64,000 bases of DNA from Octopus sinensis (taxonomy: Eukaryota). The position numbers and the translations under genes were made by a program. The notes below the pieces were generated by a model. That model saw nothing but the letters and a program-made list of their open reading frames with translations. It was not told where the DNA came from and ran no database searches. This document shows positions 1-12,984 of the stretch, one piece after another (within the stretch, counting starts at the first letter, position 1; each line of letters begins with the position of its first letter). The stretch is taken from the NCBI RefSeq assembly GCF_006345805.1, contig NC_043007.1:74586001-74650000 (forward strand). The letters are read 5' to 3'.

Positions 1-214
1 AAGATCAAATATATTCGTGGAAAAATTAAAATCAAATGACATAAAAATAATGCATCTATCCTAGTTTATCATTGATCCAGGATAATGTTGTACGCTCATT
101 GTGAGCAGTGTTTACGGGTTATCAAACAGCCAAAGATTCTCCTTTGAGAGCAAAAGCGTACCCCAGCAGTTATCCACAAGACTCAGGACAGCTTAGGGTC
201 TTGGAACAAAATCT

Positions 215-654
215 GGATCTTTTCGGTTTGAACGGCAGTTTTTAACATAATTTCTAGGTAACTAAAAAATTTTAAACTTCGTATACTGGTAGATTGTGTT
301 TATAAAACATCTTTTTCTCTTGGCTTTATTGAGAAAAGTCTATAGTTTGTAAGATATTTGTTTTTTTTTTCTTCAATTTCTGCAATTTCAACCAATCACT
401 GACGTCTATTTAGGTAAAAAAAACATTCTGTGCCGTATGAATATGTCCCTCGTTTAAGAAACAGATTGGGTTTATTTACATTTGTGAAGAAAAAAAGATA
501 CCCTTTCCCCCACCCCTAACCCTAATCCTAACCCTAACTAACCCTAACCCCAAAACAGATTGAAATGCAATAGATCGATACTAGGGTCATAATTATGGGT
601 GACAATTTCATATGACACCGCTAGAAAAAACTGCCGTTCAAACCGAAAAGATCC
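215..654. mobile_element. Non-autonomous TIR element (MITE-like) with an internal (TAACCC)n-like tract
   Basis: ~30-bp terminal inverted repeats GGATCTTTTCGGTTTGAACGGCAGTTTTT (from 215) / AAAAACTGCCGTTCAAACCGAAAAGATCC (to 654); CCCTAA-like repeats at ~514-550; second, partial inverted copy at 62814-63070. Confidence 0.8.
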
Positions 655-1669
655 CAAAATCTATTTCCCCAGACATTCTATTATTTACTGAATCATTTAA
701 AACACTGTGTTTTTTTTTTTTGGAGAACGAAACACCCGTGATAAATGAGGATAGGCATACTAACTTTACTAACTGTACTGATGTTGGAATGAGTAAAGAA
801 AACATTAACTTCAACGGGATTTGAATTCAAAAGACGGCGGGGAATATGATGTAATGTATATAGTCTTTTTTTCTCTACGCTACTAACAAAAACCACAGTT
901 TTTTATGAATCTGATATTAGACTATACACACTAAATAATTATTATATAGCTATAAGAGTGTAGATAATGGATCATATACATCCTATTTGCTATCTATGAT
1001 CCAAATTAAACAAATCAAACAACAGCTTCACTGTCTTTATAAATTTTCAGCATAAAATTTTAAATTTATCTAATTCTATATTGAAATTAAATGTACAATA
1101 TAAATATTTACATACGCATGTAGAGAGATAGATAAATATAAAGAATAGTAAAAGCTTGAATATTAAAAAAAATGTTATCAAAGTAAGCAAGTATTTGGCA
1201 TCGTGTACACATTTGCATCAAAACTGATAATCTCACTGCTAACATGAACTCCTCCTCTTTAAGAGGTTTAACATGTTGGGAGAGGCGAACGGATGAGGTT
1301 TAATCTTTATAATCTCTTTTGCTCGTGTCCTTATTTGTATTTATATTAAGATTAAATATTTACTCAATGCTTATATCAAAGGCAGATCAAAGATTAAATG
1401 TTAATGACCTTTTGGGTTGACTAACGATCAGAAAGAACCGCGTGTTTCAGTGACTCGTGACATGACGAGAGCAGCTTTTCAGGTGGCGGTGAATGAAGTG
1501 TTTCATCTGATGTTTTTACACAGCATTCGCCAGTGAGAAAAAGATGCGTGTGAAATATATATATATATATATATATAATAATAATAAATATTAGGGAATG
1601 AATCCAAAATTACAGGGAAAAATCAGATTTAGGGTTAAATCCAATTTTATAGTAAAATATTATATAATA

Positions 1670-1892
1670 TAATTCGAGACAAAACCACTATTTTAAAACC
1701 AAACAAGGAAAGACTTAATCAATACATAAAATTTTAATATAAATTAAATAAAATAAATAATAAAATAAATAAAATAAATAAAATAAATAAAAATAAATAA
1801 AATAAATAATTTATATTATTAAAATTTTATGTATTGATTAAGTCTTTCCTTGTTTGGTTTTAAAATAGTGGTTTTGTCTCGAATTATATTAT
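1670..1892. repeat. ~70-bp inverted repeat flanking an (AAAAT)n tract, next to (TA)n
   Basis: AATTCGAGACAAAACCACTATTTTAAAACCAAACAAGGAAAGACTTAATCAATACATAAAATTTTAATA and its reverse complement at ~1817-1890. Confidence 0.8.
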
Positions 1893-1899
1893 ATATATA

Positions 1900-2071
<172 letters not shown>

Positions 2072-2984
2072 GGATACAGGACATCAAAAAACGTTGAATA
2101 CAATGAGAAACGAAAGCATAAAAACAAAAACATAGAAATCGAACTGTTTTTTGAACAACGAAAAAACAAACAGAGAAACGAGACATTCAACATAAAGAAC
2201 ATTCCCCTTCATCAGTTGTCCCTGTTTCATCTACTCCGCGTTACGAAGGTAAGGACAATACGCAACTTCGTCGAAACAGTCCTTCTCGCAAAGCAAATTA
2301 AATAAAATTTGGGATTTTTTGCGGAGGGTGAAAGTGGTAACAGGAACAGGACAGTAAGAACAAGACTGTAAAAACAAACGGTAGGGGTTGTTAAGCCAAG
2401 ACGATAGAAGAATTATTATGAACGCAAGGAGGACGAGTCCATTTCTTTCCTAAAGGAAATGGACAGAAAGATAGATTCCCTTTCGTCACGTGTCAGCGAC
2501 GAGAGAGTCAAGGAGGAAGAATGAGAAAGAAGGAACGGTGAAGAGGAGAGAAGTATGGGAAGGGTTGGAGAGAAAACTAATAGAAAAATTATAGAAGCCC
2601 TACTTTGCTAAATGATTCAAAATATTAAATGAAAATTGTATGTTATCCATAGAATTCAGGTTGGAAGTCTTCCTGAATAGATTGTTCAGTTGAGCTTCGT
2701 CACATCTAGTGTTTCAGGGTCGATCTAGTTGCTATTCGTGATTTTACGACGTATATTCATGAAATGTGTAACCCAATTATGATTGCTTTGAAACGAGAAT
2801 GAACAATCAACTTTGCATCAGTTTAAAGCTTGAATGCCCATCATCAACGCCACAGTAGCAATCTCTCGAATCTGACGCTTTTTCAGTTTTGCTATCAAAC
2901 TCAGAAAAACCACAAATTTTCGCTTTAAATACTCTCCGAGTTCTCAATGCAACGCATAATTTTTTTCTTTTGATTACGCTTATA

Positions 2985-3350
2985 TAGGCGTAGGAGTGGC
3001 TGTGTGGTAAGTAGCTTGCTTACCAACCACATGGTTGCGGGTTCAGTCCCACTGCGTGTCACCTTGGGCAAGTGTCTTCTACTATAGCCTCGGGCCGACC
3101 AAAGCCTTGTGAGTGGATTTGGTAGACGGAAACTGAAAGAAGCCCGTCGTATATATGTATATGTACATGCATGTGTATGTGTGTGTATGCTTGTGTGTCT
3201 GTGTTTGTCCCCCCAACATCGCTTGACAACCGATAGAATAAGTACTAGGCTTACAAAGAATAAGTCCAGGGTTCGATTCGTTCGACTAAAGGCGGTGCTC
3301 CAGCATGGCTACTGTCAAATGACTGAAACAAGTAAAAGAGTAAAAGAGTA
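2985..3350 (+). mobile_element. tRNA-derived SINE family B (internal microsatellite, GTAAAAGA tail), internally deleted copy
   Basis: Head TAGGCGTAGGAGTGGCTGTGTGGTAAG with B-box-like GGTTCAGTCCC; tail GACTGAAACAAGTAAAAGAG; deletion joined at ACCGAT microhomology relative to the 6685 copy. Confidence 0.85.
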
Positions 3351-3884
3351 AACAGATTATGAATTCGCCAATTCCAAATTGTTTGGCTGAACAACTATTT
3401 CGTGTTTCTTCATAATTTTTTTTTTTAATATTTGAAGTTTTTCACCAACTTTAAAAAAGCGACGAAGCATTCACGTATATATAATATTGTGGTAATCCGT
3501 GCACAGAAGATTACACATTAATTATGCAGAAAAATGAGTGTGTAATCAGTTAACTGTATTTCCAAACCGGACAGCGTATGTTAAAAAGCACATGATCGCA
3601 GGATCAGTGTTATTCAGTCGACCAGTGTTCCCCAGTCTTTCTTTACTCGCATTTTCTTCGCCTCTCTTGATTCAATTCTCACTGTTGTGCCTTACGAGCA
3701 TTGTTCATCACCGCAACGCACCAAATTCCGTTTATAATTTAAGAAGTACTTGACATTATACAGTTGTAACACTTGTATCAAAACGCACTATAGCACATAT
3801 TTTACGAAGGAATTTAGAAACACGACTATTGTTATATAGATCGTAGGAAAAACTCCGTATTTGGCATATAACTTTATACACATT

Positions 3885-4370
3885 TTACTCTTTTACTTGT
3901 TTCAGTCATTTGACTGTGGCCATGCTGGAGCACCGCCTTTAGTCGAGAAAATCGATCCCAGGACTTATTCTTTGTAAGCCTAGTACTTATTCTATCAGTC
4001 TCTTTTGCTGAACCGCTAAATTACGTAGAAGTAAACACACCAGCATCGGTTGTCAAGCGAAGTTGGGGGACAACACAGACAAACAAACATACACACACAC
4101 ACACACTCATACATACATACACACATACATACATATATACACACATACATACATACACACACACATACATACATACATACATACATACATACATACATAC
4201 ATACATACATACATACATGCATGCATACATGCATATATCCACTCACAAGGCTTTGGTCGGCCCGAGGCTATAGTAGAAGACACTTGCCCAAGGTGCCACA
4301 CAATAGGACTGAACCCAGAACCATGTGGTTCGTAAGAAAGCTACTTACCACACAGCCACTCCTATGCCTT
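3885..4370 (-). mobile_element. SINE family B, full length
   Basis: Reverse complement of the family B head and tail with an expanded (TACA)n middle. Confidence 0.85.
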
Positions 4371-4737
4371 TGACGAAGAAATTTAAAAATAGTGTTATTA
4401 ATATATAGTTAGTTAAGAAAACTCTGTATCTAGGGAATACCGTTATACATATTTTATGAAGAAAGTTAGGAATACGGTTATTAGTATATGGACTCCAGAA
4501 AATACCTTTGTGCATTATACGAAGATGGTTGTGTACAGCGATTTGTATATTTGTGTTCGAGTCTGCCGGAACGTATTAAGAATAGATATGAAAGTAATCG
4601 TCTAGATTCTCGCAGTTCATTGTGCAAATATCGATTCATTATCTGTTAGAAGATATCAACATGGATCACCAAAGAGTTTATTCACTGAAATTATAAACAA
4701 GGCTATCGGCTCTTCTCAGATTCGTTAGTCGGGGTGC

Positions 4738-4783
4738 TTCTGGCTGATGAAACACAGCATGTCGAAACATCGATATCCTAGGA
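4738..4783 (+). ncRNA. Degenerate type-I hammerhead ribozyme motif
   Basis: TTCTGG-CTGATGA-A-ACA(CAGCA)TGT-C-GAAA-CATCGATA-TC-CTAGGA; stem I 6 bp with 2 G-U pairs; two G>A changes from a canonical fold. Confidence 0.5.
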
Positions 4784-5399
4784 TCACTTACACGAACGAA
4801 CTGATTGTATTATGAACGCATAATCGGCGTAAAGGAGGAGCTGTTATCATGTGATGAATAAATGCAACAGCGATTACCATATTTGCGTTCAAATCTACCG
4901 GAACGTATTAAAAATAGATATGTAGGTTATCTTGTGCGCATGTGTGTGTGTGTGAGTGATATACATTACATAAACATATACATGCATACATGCAAACACA
5001 CACACACATGCACACATATACATACGTAGTTAAGATCTCATATGACTATAGTCGGTTTTACGTGGATTTCCTACACTTATTTTTTTATATCTTCTGTTAT
5101 ATCGCAATACTACACAGTGGCTGTGTGAGCTACGAAATCCCCGTCGCCACTGTTATGTCGCACGTTCGGATGACCGCTACTCTCTACCACTCTTCTCGAC
5201 GTCTAGACTTCTCCCTGTATATCTACGTATTGGGCTAGTCTACTTCATCGTCTGGGGGCGTCGACACAACATCTTCTCAAATGAACTATGGCACCTATCC
5301 AAATAGTTATATTTACGGTCACACTTCTTTTATTGAAGAATATACAGTCCACATTTTCAATGTATTGAGTCCTCTATTTTGAGTTGCTGTCTACTTGAT

Positions 5400-6400
5400 T
5401 CTTATTCGAGAATTACAGTACATTAGAAATAACGAAGGGAGCTAGATTAGAAGTTTGAGAAAACACTTGATGCGCTAGGATAGTTTAGGAGGAAGTTTCA
5501 AATAGATCAACATGCGTGACTTATCATCACTCGAAACAGAAATGGTTTTCAAGTAGATGGAACTGTTTATAATGTCAACAAGAAACTTTCAGGAAGACCG
5601 CGGACATCGAGGAGTCCCACAAAGGAAGAAAGGGTATTAGAAACGTATAGCCAAAATTCAAGAAAATTTATGCGGCAAATGATTCATGAGATAGAGATTT
5701 TGAAATTAAGAGTATTTTGCAATTTGAAATATTGTCATTGAAAAGTTACATTCCAAGAATTGTTTGTACTTCAAATGAAAATAATCGGGAACGAAGAGTG
5801 TAGTTTTGCGAGTGGCATTTGGCAGAATGTGCACGATTGCGCCTATTGAAGATTTGAGAATCCACATATTACTAAGGAATATCTTGTTAATTTACCAGGC
5901 GTTAAAGTATGGTGCAGTCAAAAGGATTAATTGGACCATTAATTTTTTTACTGTACTTTGAGTGGTTCTATTTACTTGAACTCGCCAAGTACTAGGGAGG
6001 ATTTTAGAGATGTGGATGTTTATTTCCAACAAGATGAGCGTCCTAACATTACCACAGTAATGTAAGGGCTTACCTTGTTGAGAAAAATGCTTCCCCTGGA
6101 TGAGGAGGTTCATTAGAATATTCTCTGCATTCACCAGACATCATACCACCAGGCATTTTTATGGCGATACATAAAAGACAAAATTTACAAAACACAACCG
6201 ACGACAGCCATCAAATTGATGGCCGCCATTGAAAGAAAATGCTCACAAATACGGAAAGAAATATTTCTTGATGTTTGCGATTGCATTATTTTGCATTATC
6301 AGTTGTGCCCAGACCAGAATGGTCATCGGTTTGAAAGGAGGCATTTATAAAATAATATAATTCTTGTGTAGATTCTAGTAAATTTTGAAAATGAAATGTA
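5400..6400 (+). mobile_element. Decayed Tc1/mariner-superfamily transposase relic
   Basis: Frameshifted peptides ...SGRPRTS, VKVWC...IGP, FQQDE, SPDI.P..FLW.YIKDKIY. Confidence 0.6.
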
Positions 6401-6431
6401 TTTTAATAAATACTAACTTTATAATCCATTT

Positions 6432-6625
6432 AAGGCGACGAGCTGGTAGAATCGTTTGCACACCGAGAGAAATGCTTAGCGGCATTTCGTCTGCCGTTAC
6501 GTTCTGAGTTCAAATTCCGCAGAGATCGATTAAATAGGTACCGGTTACGCACTGAGGTTGATGTAATCGACTTAATCCCTTTGTCTGTCCCCTCTATGTT
6601 TATCCCCCTATGAGCAATAAATAAA
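6432..6625 (+). mobile_element. SINE family A (CORE-like), single unit
   Basis: GGCGACGAGCTGGTAGAATCG head, GAGTTCAAATTCC B-box, CCCC...AATAAA tail. Confidence 0.8.
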
Positions 6626-6684
6626 TAAATACGTGTATTCATCTTTGGGAGGACGCCCTATGTATATATATATATATATATATA

Positions 6685-7092
6685 GGCACAGGAGTGGCTG
6701 TGTGGTAAGTAGCTTGCTAACCAACCACATGGTTCCGGGTTCAGTTCCACTGCGTGGCATCTTGGGCAAGTGTCTTCTGCTATGGCTCCGGGCCGACCAA
6801 TGCCTTGTGAGTGGATTTGGTAGACGGAAACTGAAAGAAGCCTGTCGTATATATGTATATATATATATGTGTGTGTTTGTTTGTGTGGCTGTGTTTGTCC
6901 CCCTAGCATTGCTTGACAACCGATGCTGGTGTGTTTACGTCCCCGTCACTTAGCGGTTCGGCAAAAGAGACCGATAGAATAAGTACTGGGCTTACAAAAA
7001 GAATAAGTCCCGGGGTCGATTTGCTCGACTAAAGGCGGTGCTCCAGCATGGCCGCAGTCAAATGACTGAAACAAGTAAAAGAGTAAAAGAGT
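6685..7092 (+). mobile_element. SINE family B, full length
   Basis: Complete head-microsatellite-tail structure ending GTAAAAGAGTAAAAGAG. Confidence 0.9.
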
Positions 7093-7299
7093 AATATATA
7101 TTTAGCATTATAGTAGATTCACCATGCTAAATACCTCCAGTCAGACTCTAATAACTTTGTAACTGAAGCCAATTCGAGCGATGATCAGCACAGCTTTTGT
7201 TGTACCTTAATTCGATGTAAATCATAAAAGTTACAATTGGTGTATCGTAATCATTATAAAGTAATTACAGGAAACGTCATGTCACTAATATTAACTCGT

Positions 7300-7550
7300 G
7301 TGAAGGCGGCGAGCTGACAGAATCGTTAATGCGGGGGTGGAGTTGGGGGTGGAGGGGAAAATGCTTAACGGCATTTTGTCCGCCTTTACGTTCTGAGTTC
7401 AAATGCCACCGGGGTCGACTTTGCCCTTCATCCTCTCGGAGTCATTAAAATAAATACCAGTTGAATACTGGGGGTCGATGTAATCGACTAACCGACTCTA
7501 ACCCTCCTCCGAAACTGCTGGCCTTGTGCCAAAATTTGAAACCAATATTA
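7300..7550 (+). mobile_element. SINE family A variant
   Basis: GGCGGCGAGCTGACAGAATCG head; GGGTCGACTTTGCCCTTCATCC core; TTGTGCCAAAATTTGAAACC tail. Confidence 0.75.
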
Positions 7551-7729
7551 GCTCGTTTGTTCTTATCGTTTAATACCAATTCATACCTGATCGTCAAAAA
7601 CCTAGAGTCAAAAGCGTTTCATTTGTTATCAAGCTGTCTTTAGGATTTTAGGTATAAATGCATCGTGGAGTACATTATCGAAAATGTACTTATAAATACT
7701 TATTTGCTTCTGAATTTTAAAAAATTTTG

Positions 7730-8490
7730 AATGTGTCAAAAGATAAAGCATTGTTTATTTAAGAGGATAAAATGCGATGAAAGAATATTAGACATTACTT
7801 AAATGAAAATGTAAATGCGAAAGGTCAATCTGTTTCAGGCCTCAAGACTCGGATTAACAAGACGGGTAAAACACGAGTGAAAATGTGATAGGTCAGCGAA
7901 TTTCGTTTAAAAAAGAAAGAGATAAGGTATAAACCAAGAAAGAACAGAAATAGAGAAAGAAGCGAATGAGATTTAGAGAGGAAAGTACTTAAGATTCAAG
8001 CAGTTTAGAAAATACCAGAATATATTAAGAGAGCAGTATGTCAAGTGTTTTCATTCATTACTGAACGGGCATAGCTGAAAACAGGAACTGTGTGGAACTA
8101 CCTCTATTGTATTCTTGATTCTTTTATTCTGAATTACAATCAAGGATATTAAAATGTTGGCTGATTCAAACAGGATAAAATACGCGGGTACTGGTTATGA
8201 AGATGAAGTGGAACCTGACAAAAGGGATCACATGATTATGAAATATAAATATATGGTATTTAAGATGGTTATGATTTCAATTTATATTTCTCTGATACTT
8301 GGTACTGCCGTCTTTTTAATGGTTTATTATGTATTTTTGTGGCGTCCTGTCAGGGGTAATTACAGTTCCCATCATATCTACATCGATCATCAGAAACCTG
8401 TTTACCATTCGGAATGAAGCATTTCAGAGGTAACATAATCATTTATCTGCTTTTTACTGTTGTAGAGTGTCCCAGCATCGGTTATGTGAA
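7730..8490 (+). repeat. Duplicated segment (paired with ~14405-15150) carrying the InaF-motif ORF
   Basis: Near-identical from ATGTGTCAAAAGATAAAG through CAGCATCGGTTATGT in both copies. Confidence 0.9.
8154..8417 (+). CDS. inaF-like: InaF-motif single-pass membrane micro-protein, copy 1 (87 aa)
   Basis: KMVMISIYISLILGTAVFLMVYYVFLWRP has the ungapped InaF-motif spacing (Y...A..L..YY...W.P); AAAATG start context; ORF preserved in the paralog. Confidence 0.8.
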   Translation: MLADSNRIKYAGTGYEDEVEPDKRDHMIMKYKYMVFKMVMISIYISLILGTAVFLMVYYVFLWRPVRGNYSSHHIYIDHQKPVYHSE

Positions 8491-9399
8491 ATTGTAAAGA
8501 ATTTTTATGCTATGGTGAAAAGAAGGGTGCTCTAAATTTAACTTCAGATCAAGTTGAAAATAATCAATCCCATACAACCATATATGACTTAGAGGTAATT
8601 GATCTCGTGTTTTCGAGAACATTGGCAATATTCAAATTTCTTCTTTGAGCTAGTTGCAGGTTTAAACTTAACATCCTTGATGGCATTTGCTTTCAAGCGA
8701 ACATGTACAACTGTTTTTACAATACCTGTATCGCTCTAAGGTACTGAGTTTATGATGAATTTAAAATTTTAGATATGAATCAAAATTTTTTTAGAAACAT
8801 AAAATAATCAGATCAAATATGAGCGTATATATAATATTATACGCATGGATATTTATGACTTCACCTTAAAATCACTGAAGACTTCAAAAAGAACCAAAAG
8901 TTGACAACTTAATGCATTAAACAATTATGCAAATTGTGTGTATGTGTGTGTGGGGGCGGTATTTACAAATTTGTGATATACATACAAATAGCAATCAATA
9001 TTAGCTTATTTGGAAACATTCATAACTCATTTTTTCCACACATATAAACCTGCACAAAATACGTACAACTCAATCTAAACTAAACTACACCTAATCTAAA
9101 CTGAAACCAAATTTTGTCTGTCTAAATCCATTGATGATTGTAAAGGTGTTGTACAGACATGGTCGTTTCATGAGCTGTAAGCTAAATGTTTGCTTGAAAG
9201 TTGCCCCTTTTGGAATGCTATTCCAAGACATCAGTTGTCAGGAGTACTCACTCCACATTTCACATTTTGTGATGGAGTATCTTCAGTCTCAACTGGTCAA
9301 TATTGGCGTCATCTGTGCATGATTCATTAAAGTTCGGCCTGCAGACAAACTACACAACAATCTCCCTTTCTCGTAATATAACGATTTCAAATTTTGGCA

Positions 9400-9580
9400 A
9401 AAGACCAGCAATTTTGGGGAAGAAGGGGTTAAATCGATTATTTCGACCCCAGCGCTCGTCTCCGAAAGAGTGAAAGATAAAGTTGACTTCTGCGGAATTT
9501 GAACTCACAACGTAAAGACGGACGAAATGCTGCTGAGTATTTTTCCCGGCGTGCTAACGATTCTGCCCGCTCGCCACCTT
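9400..9580 (-). mobile_element. SINE family A variant
   Basis: Reverse-complement head (CGCTCGCCACC) and TTCGACCCC core. Confidence 0.7.
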
Positions 9581-9659
9581 TCTTAGTTCTAATATGACAT
9601 GGAATGTTAGCAGCAGCTATGAAAATTCTTTGATAAGATTTGGACATTTGTTGTTGATC

Positions 9660-9900
9660 CTCAAAGTTTTACTTTAAACTTAAAAGTCAAAGGGTTTTCT
9701 CATCCATAAACGCATGAAAGAGAGCAATTGCTCTGCATGTTGTGTCTTCTAAGCTGTAGCGTAGCTTGGAAATTAGGCGAGGAAATGGTCCTTCCCGAAC
9801 GACGCTTTTATGGAGGTGGTACTTTTGGGTCTGTGAGACCCGGAAAGGGGGCAAAAGTCGAAAGGGCTGCCTCTGATAGCACACACCCTAGTAATACCAA
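9660..9900 (-). mobile_element. RTE-like LINE reverse transcriptase relic
   Basis: Frameshifted similarity to GFR.GRST.D.IF.LRQL.EK...L..AF.D..KAFD. Confidence 0.4.
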
Positions 9901-11189
9901 TGCTCATAAGCTAACGATTTTGCCAGCACGCCATCTTACGTCTAAGAAATATTAATCAATAATGCGGTATACACTATAGAGGCAGCATTTAATTGAAATA
10001 GCCATATGATACATCGATGGCTACTTTACTTAAATATTGCTTCAATTGAGGATACTGGATTATTAATCAGTCATGCAGCTGTTCGCAACATCAGTGATTG
10101 TCTTATTCATTTTTCCTTTCGCCCGATCATGTAACTGGTTGCGAGTACACGCCATTGAAAAAGCCTAAGTGAGCTGAAATGCATGTGGAGCGCTTACTGT
10201 CCGCTGCTGGGACAAATTTTCTCCTCTGATACTTGTGTTTTCAGCACAGCATGTTAAATAAGAGTTGTTATCTCAGGACATACTGCAGTAACTGGCCTGT
10301 CAACGTGATATATACATTAAGTAGGATGTATATAGATGGGTATTTTAATTAATCAACAACTATCTCTGGGCAGGTGTTTAAGGCAATGTGCCCCTCAGTG
10401 TTCCAGGTAGCGTGTCACTCAAAGTTGCAGGCAGTGTGTCACTCAGTACTCTACTCTAAATAATAATAAGCTGACAAGCATTGGGTACTAATGAATTCTT
10501 CATTTCCTGTCATTGATTTTCTCAGGGTTCATAATGTGACATGATGTAGGAGTTGAGAAACGTCTCAGGAGAGAGTACCGGGTTGGGATGAGAAGAAAGT
10601 TAATGGCATCGACTTGTGTTCAGATAGAACTATCAAGTCAAACTAGGGGTTGAAGTCATAATTTAGCTTTGATATACACTTGTTAACAATTCAAATATGC
10701 TCGAGGCATATTCAAACCCGTAAGAAAATCATTCATTACATTTTGTCAACGGAGAAGAATTCTCCATGTCAGTTCGGAGCGCCCTCTACTCAGATTAATG
10801 AATGTGTGCATTTAGGAGAAGTTATCTCCTCTTCAAGAGCGCTCCAAACTGAATGGTCCGAACTCATTTATACCTATTTGGCCGCAGTGAGAATTTTCGT
10901 CATGACAAAATATAGTGAACAGCTTTCAGACGTGTTCGAATATGTCTCAAACATATTTAACCTAAGTAACAAGTCTATATTTGTGTACATCATTTCTTAG
11001 CCCTTCTAATCCGTATCTTACCTTTCAATATGATATTGAAAATTAAACTCTAGCATCAATTTGGGATGAAAATAAGATTTTGTATTTTGGCACTTACCAT
11101 AAACATCATTAATAAATTTCAATAAAATTTACCAAGTTACGTCATAAAACTGCTTCTGCATGTTTATTCAAGCCAATTATTTCTGTTTG

Positions 11190-11400
11190 CTTGTGATTAT
11201 TAGGATTCTGCAAAACACACACACACACGCACACACACATACGACAAGCTTCTTTCAGCTTCCGTCGACCAAATCCACTCACAGGGCTTTGGTCGGCTCG
11301 GGGATATAGTAGAAGACAGCTGTCCGAGGTGCTAAGTTCAGTGGGACTGAACCCAGAATTTGTGGTTGGGAAGCAAGCTTCTTGCCACACAGCCACATAC
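11190..11400 (-). mobile_element. SINE family B, 5' half
   Basis: GCTTCTTTCAGCTTCCGTCGACCAAATCCACTCACA...CACACAGCCAC. Confidence 0.75.
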
Positions 11401-11429
11401 ATATTTATACATATACGTGTATGCAAATG

Positions 11430-11466
<37 letters not shown>

Positions 11467-11468
11467 TG

Positions 11469-11560
11469 GTCTTGCAACTCGAATTTCATGCTACTGCAAT
11501 CTTCAAGAGGAACCCTGAAGATCGCGGTTTCACCTGGAGGTCGCAGTGGCGTGAAACTCG
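11469..11560. ncRNA. Back-to-back hammerhead-like motifs between microsatellites
   Basis: Minus: TTGAAGA-T-TGC(AGTA)GCA-T-GAAA-TTCGAG-TT; plus: CTGAAGA...CTGGAGG-T-CGC(AGTG)GCG-T-GAAA-CTCG, truncated by (GC)n. Confidence 0.4.
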
Positions 11561-11889
11561 CGCGCGCGCGCGCGCGCGCGCGTGTGTGTGTGTGTGGTGT
11601 GTATGTGGTGTGTGTATGTAAATATATATACTTACATGCGGACATACATACATACACGGACAAAAACATACGTATAGGTATATACTAGTTTATATGTGCC
11701 CTCCAAAATAGCATTTAAAAAAAAAAACTGAAATTGATATTTAATAAATGCATTGTCATAACACGTATTCAATATATTTAATATACACTTATTAAAACAC
11801 ACCATGCATTACTTAGGCTCGATCAATGTTTATTCACCGAAATATTTTGTTAATAATCAACCAATGTAGAAAGGGTTTCTATACGCATT

Positions 11890-12935
11890 ATCATTCCAGA
11901 AGTTTTGAGACTTTCTCAGAAGCGACATTTATTAATTTCAAAGAAGTACAAAACTCTTGTTGTAGCGTTCCAGCCACTTCATGAAGACCCCGCGGGAGTC
12001 CTCTACAGTGAAGGTATCCAGGACTCTTGTCACAGCCACCTACGTATTCTCAATGTCTTCAAAATGACTGCCCCCGAGGTTCTCCTTCAACTCGAGGAAC
12101 AACCAAAAGTCACTGAGAGAAAATCTGGAGTGTAGTGAAATTGAAAGATGCCCATCTCTGTCAAGTAGTTGGTTACAGGCGGCGAGCTGGCAGAAACGTT
12201 AGCACGCCGGGCGAAATGCTTAGCGGTATTTCGTCTGCATTACGTTGTGAGTTCAAATTCCGCCGAGGTCGACTTTGCCTTTCATCCTTTCGGGGTCGAT
12301 AAATTAAGTACCAGTTACGCACTGGGGTCAATGGAATCGACTTAATACCTATGTCTGTCCTTGTTTGTCCCCTCTGTGTTTAGCCCCTTGTGGGTAATAA
12401 AGAAATAGGTATTTCGTCTGCGTTACGTTGTGAGTTCAAATTCCGCCGAGGTCGACTTTGCTTTTCATCCTTTCGGGGTCGATAAATTAAGTACCAGTTA
12501 CGCACTGGGGTCGATGTAATCGACTTATTACCTATGTCTGTCCTTGTGTGTCCCCTCTGTGTTTAGCCCCTTGTGGGTAATAAAGAAATAGGTTACTAGG
12601 ATGGAATTATTGACTGATGCATTGTTCTAGTGCAGCTGCTCAGGTCTTTTGCGACGAAATTTCTTCCTGAACGCATTCAACACCACTACAAAGTACTTTT
12701 TGTTGATCATCTGATCAAAGGGAACCCAGTAGATTTAGATGATTTCCTTTACTAAGGAAAAAGGGAATCATCATGAGCTTTCCGGAGGACTTGCTTTGCT
12801 TGGCCTCTTATGTCTGTGAAAAACGATGCTCAGCTCCTACAAGTTAATCTATAAGCAATTTAGAGTATTTCACATGCTTTTGTAGCGTTTTTGCCTAGCT
12901 TAACACAAAACTTAAATGCATAACGACCTTTCAAA
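11890..12935 (-). mobile_element. Internally deleted mariner element interrupted by a SINE A dimer
   Basis: N-terminal RYAFKFCVKLGKNATK (12860-12935) and C-terminal VTNYLTEMGI plus a frameshifted PD...FW.F..L-like segment (11900-12175). Confidence 0.7.
12177..12592 (+). mobile_element. SINE family A dimer (head + 2 x ~182-bp units)
   Basis: TATTTCGTCTG at 12228 and 12410; short GGTTAC flanking duplication. Confidence 0.9.
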
Positions 12936-12940
12936 TTGTC

Positions 12941-12984
<44 letters not shown>

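Noticed and set aside
514-550. Interstitial telomere or chromosome-fusion site
   Set aside because: Short, degenerate and internal to a TIR element that occurs twice.
1440-1490. Minus-strand CTGAAAA...hairpin...TGAAAC motif
   Set aside because: Helix I is missing, and helix II is not adjacent to the core.
2200-2290. TCATCAG and CGAAACAGTC hammerhead-like pieces
   Set aside because: On opposite strands or in the wrong order; no consistent fold. The neighbouring 2640-2990 may be a very old PLE relic but is too decayed to call.
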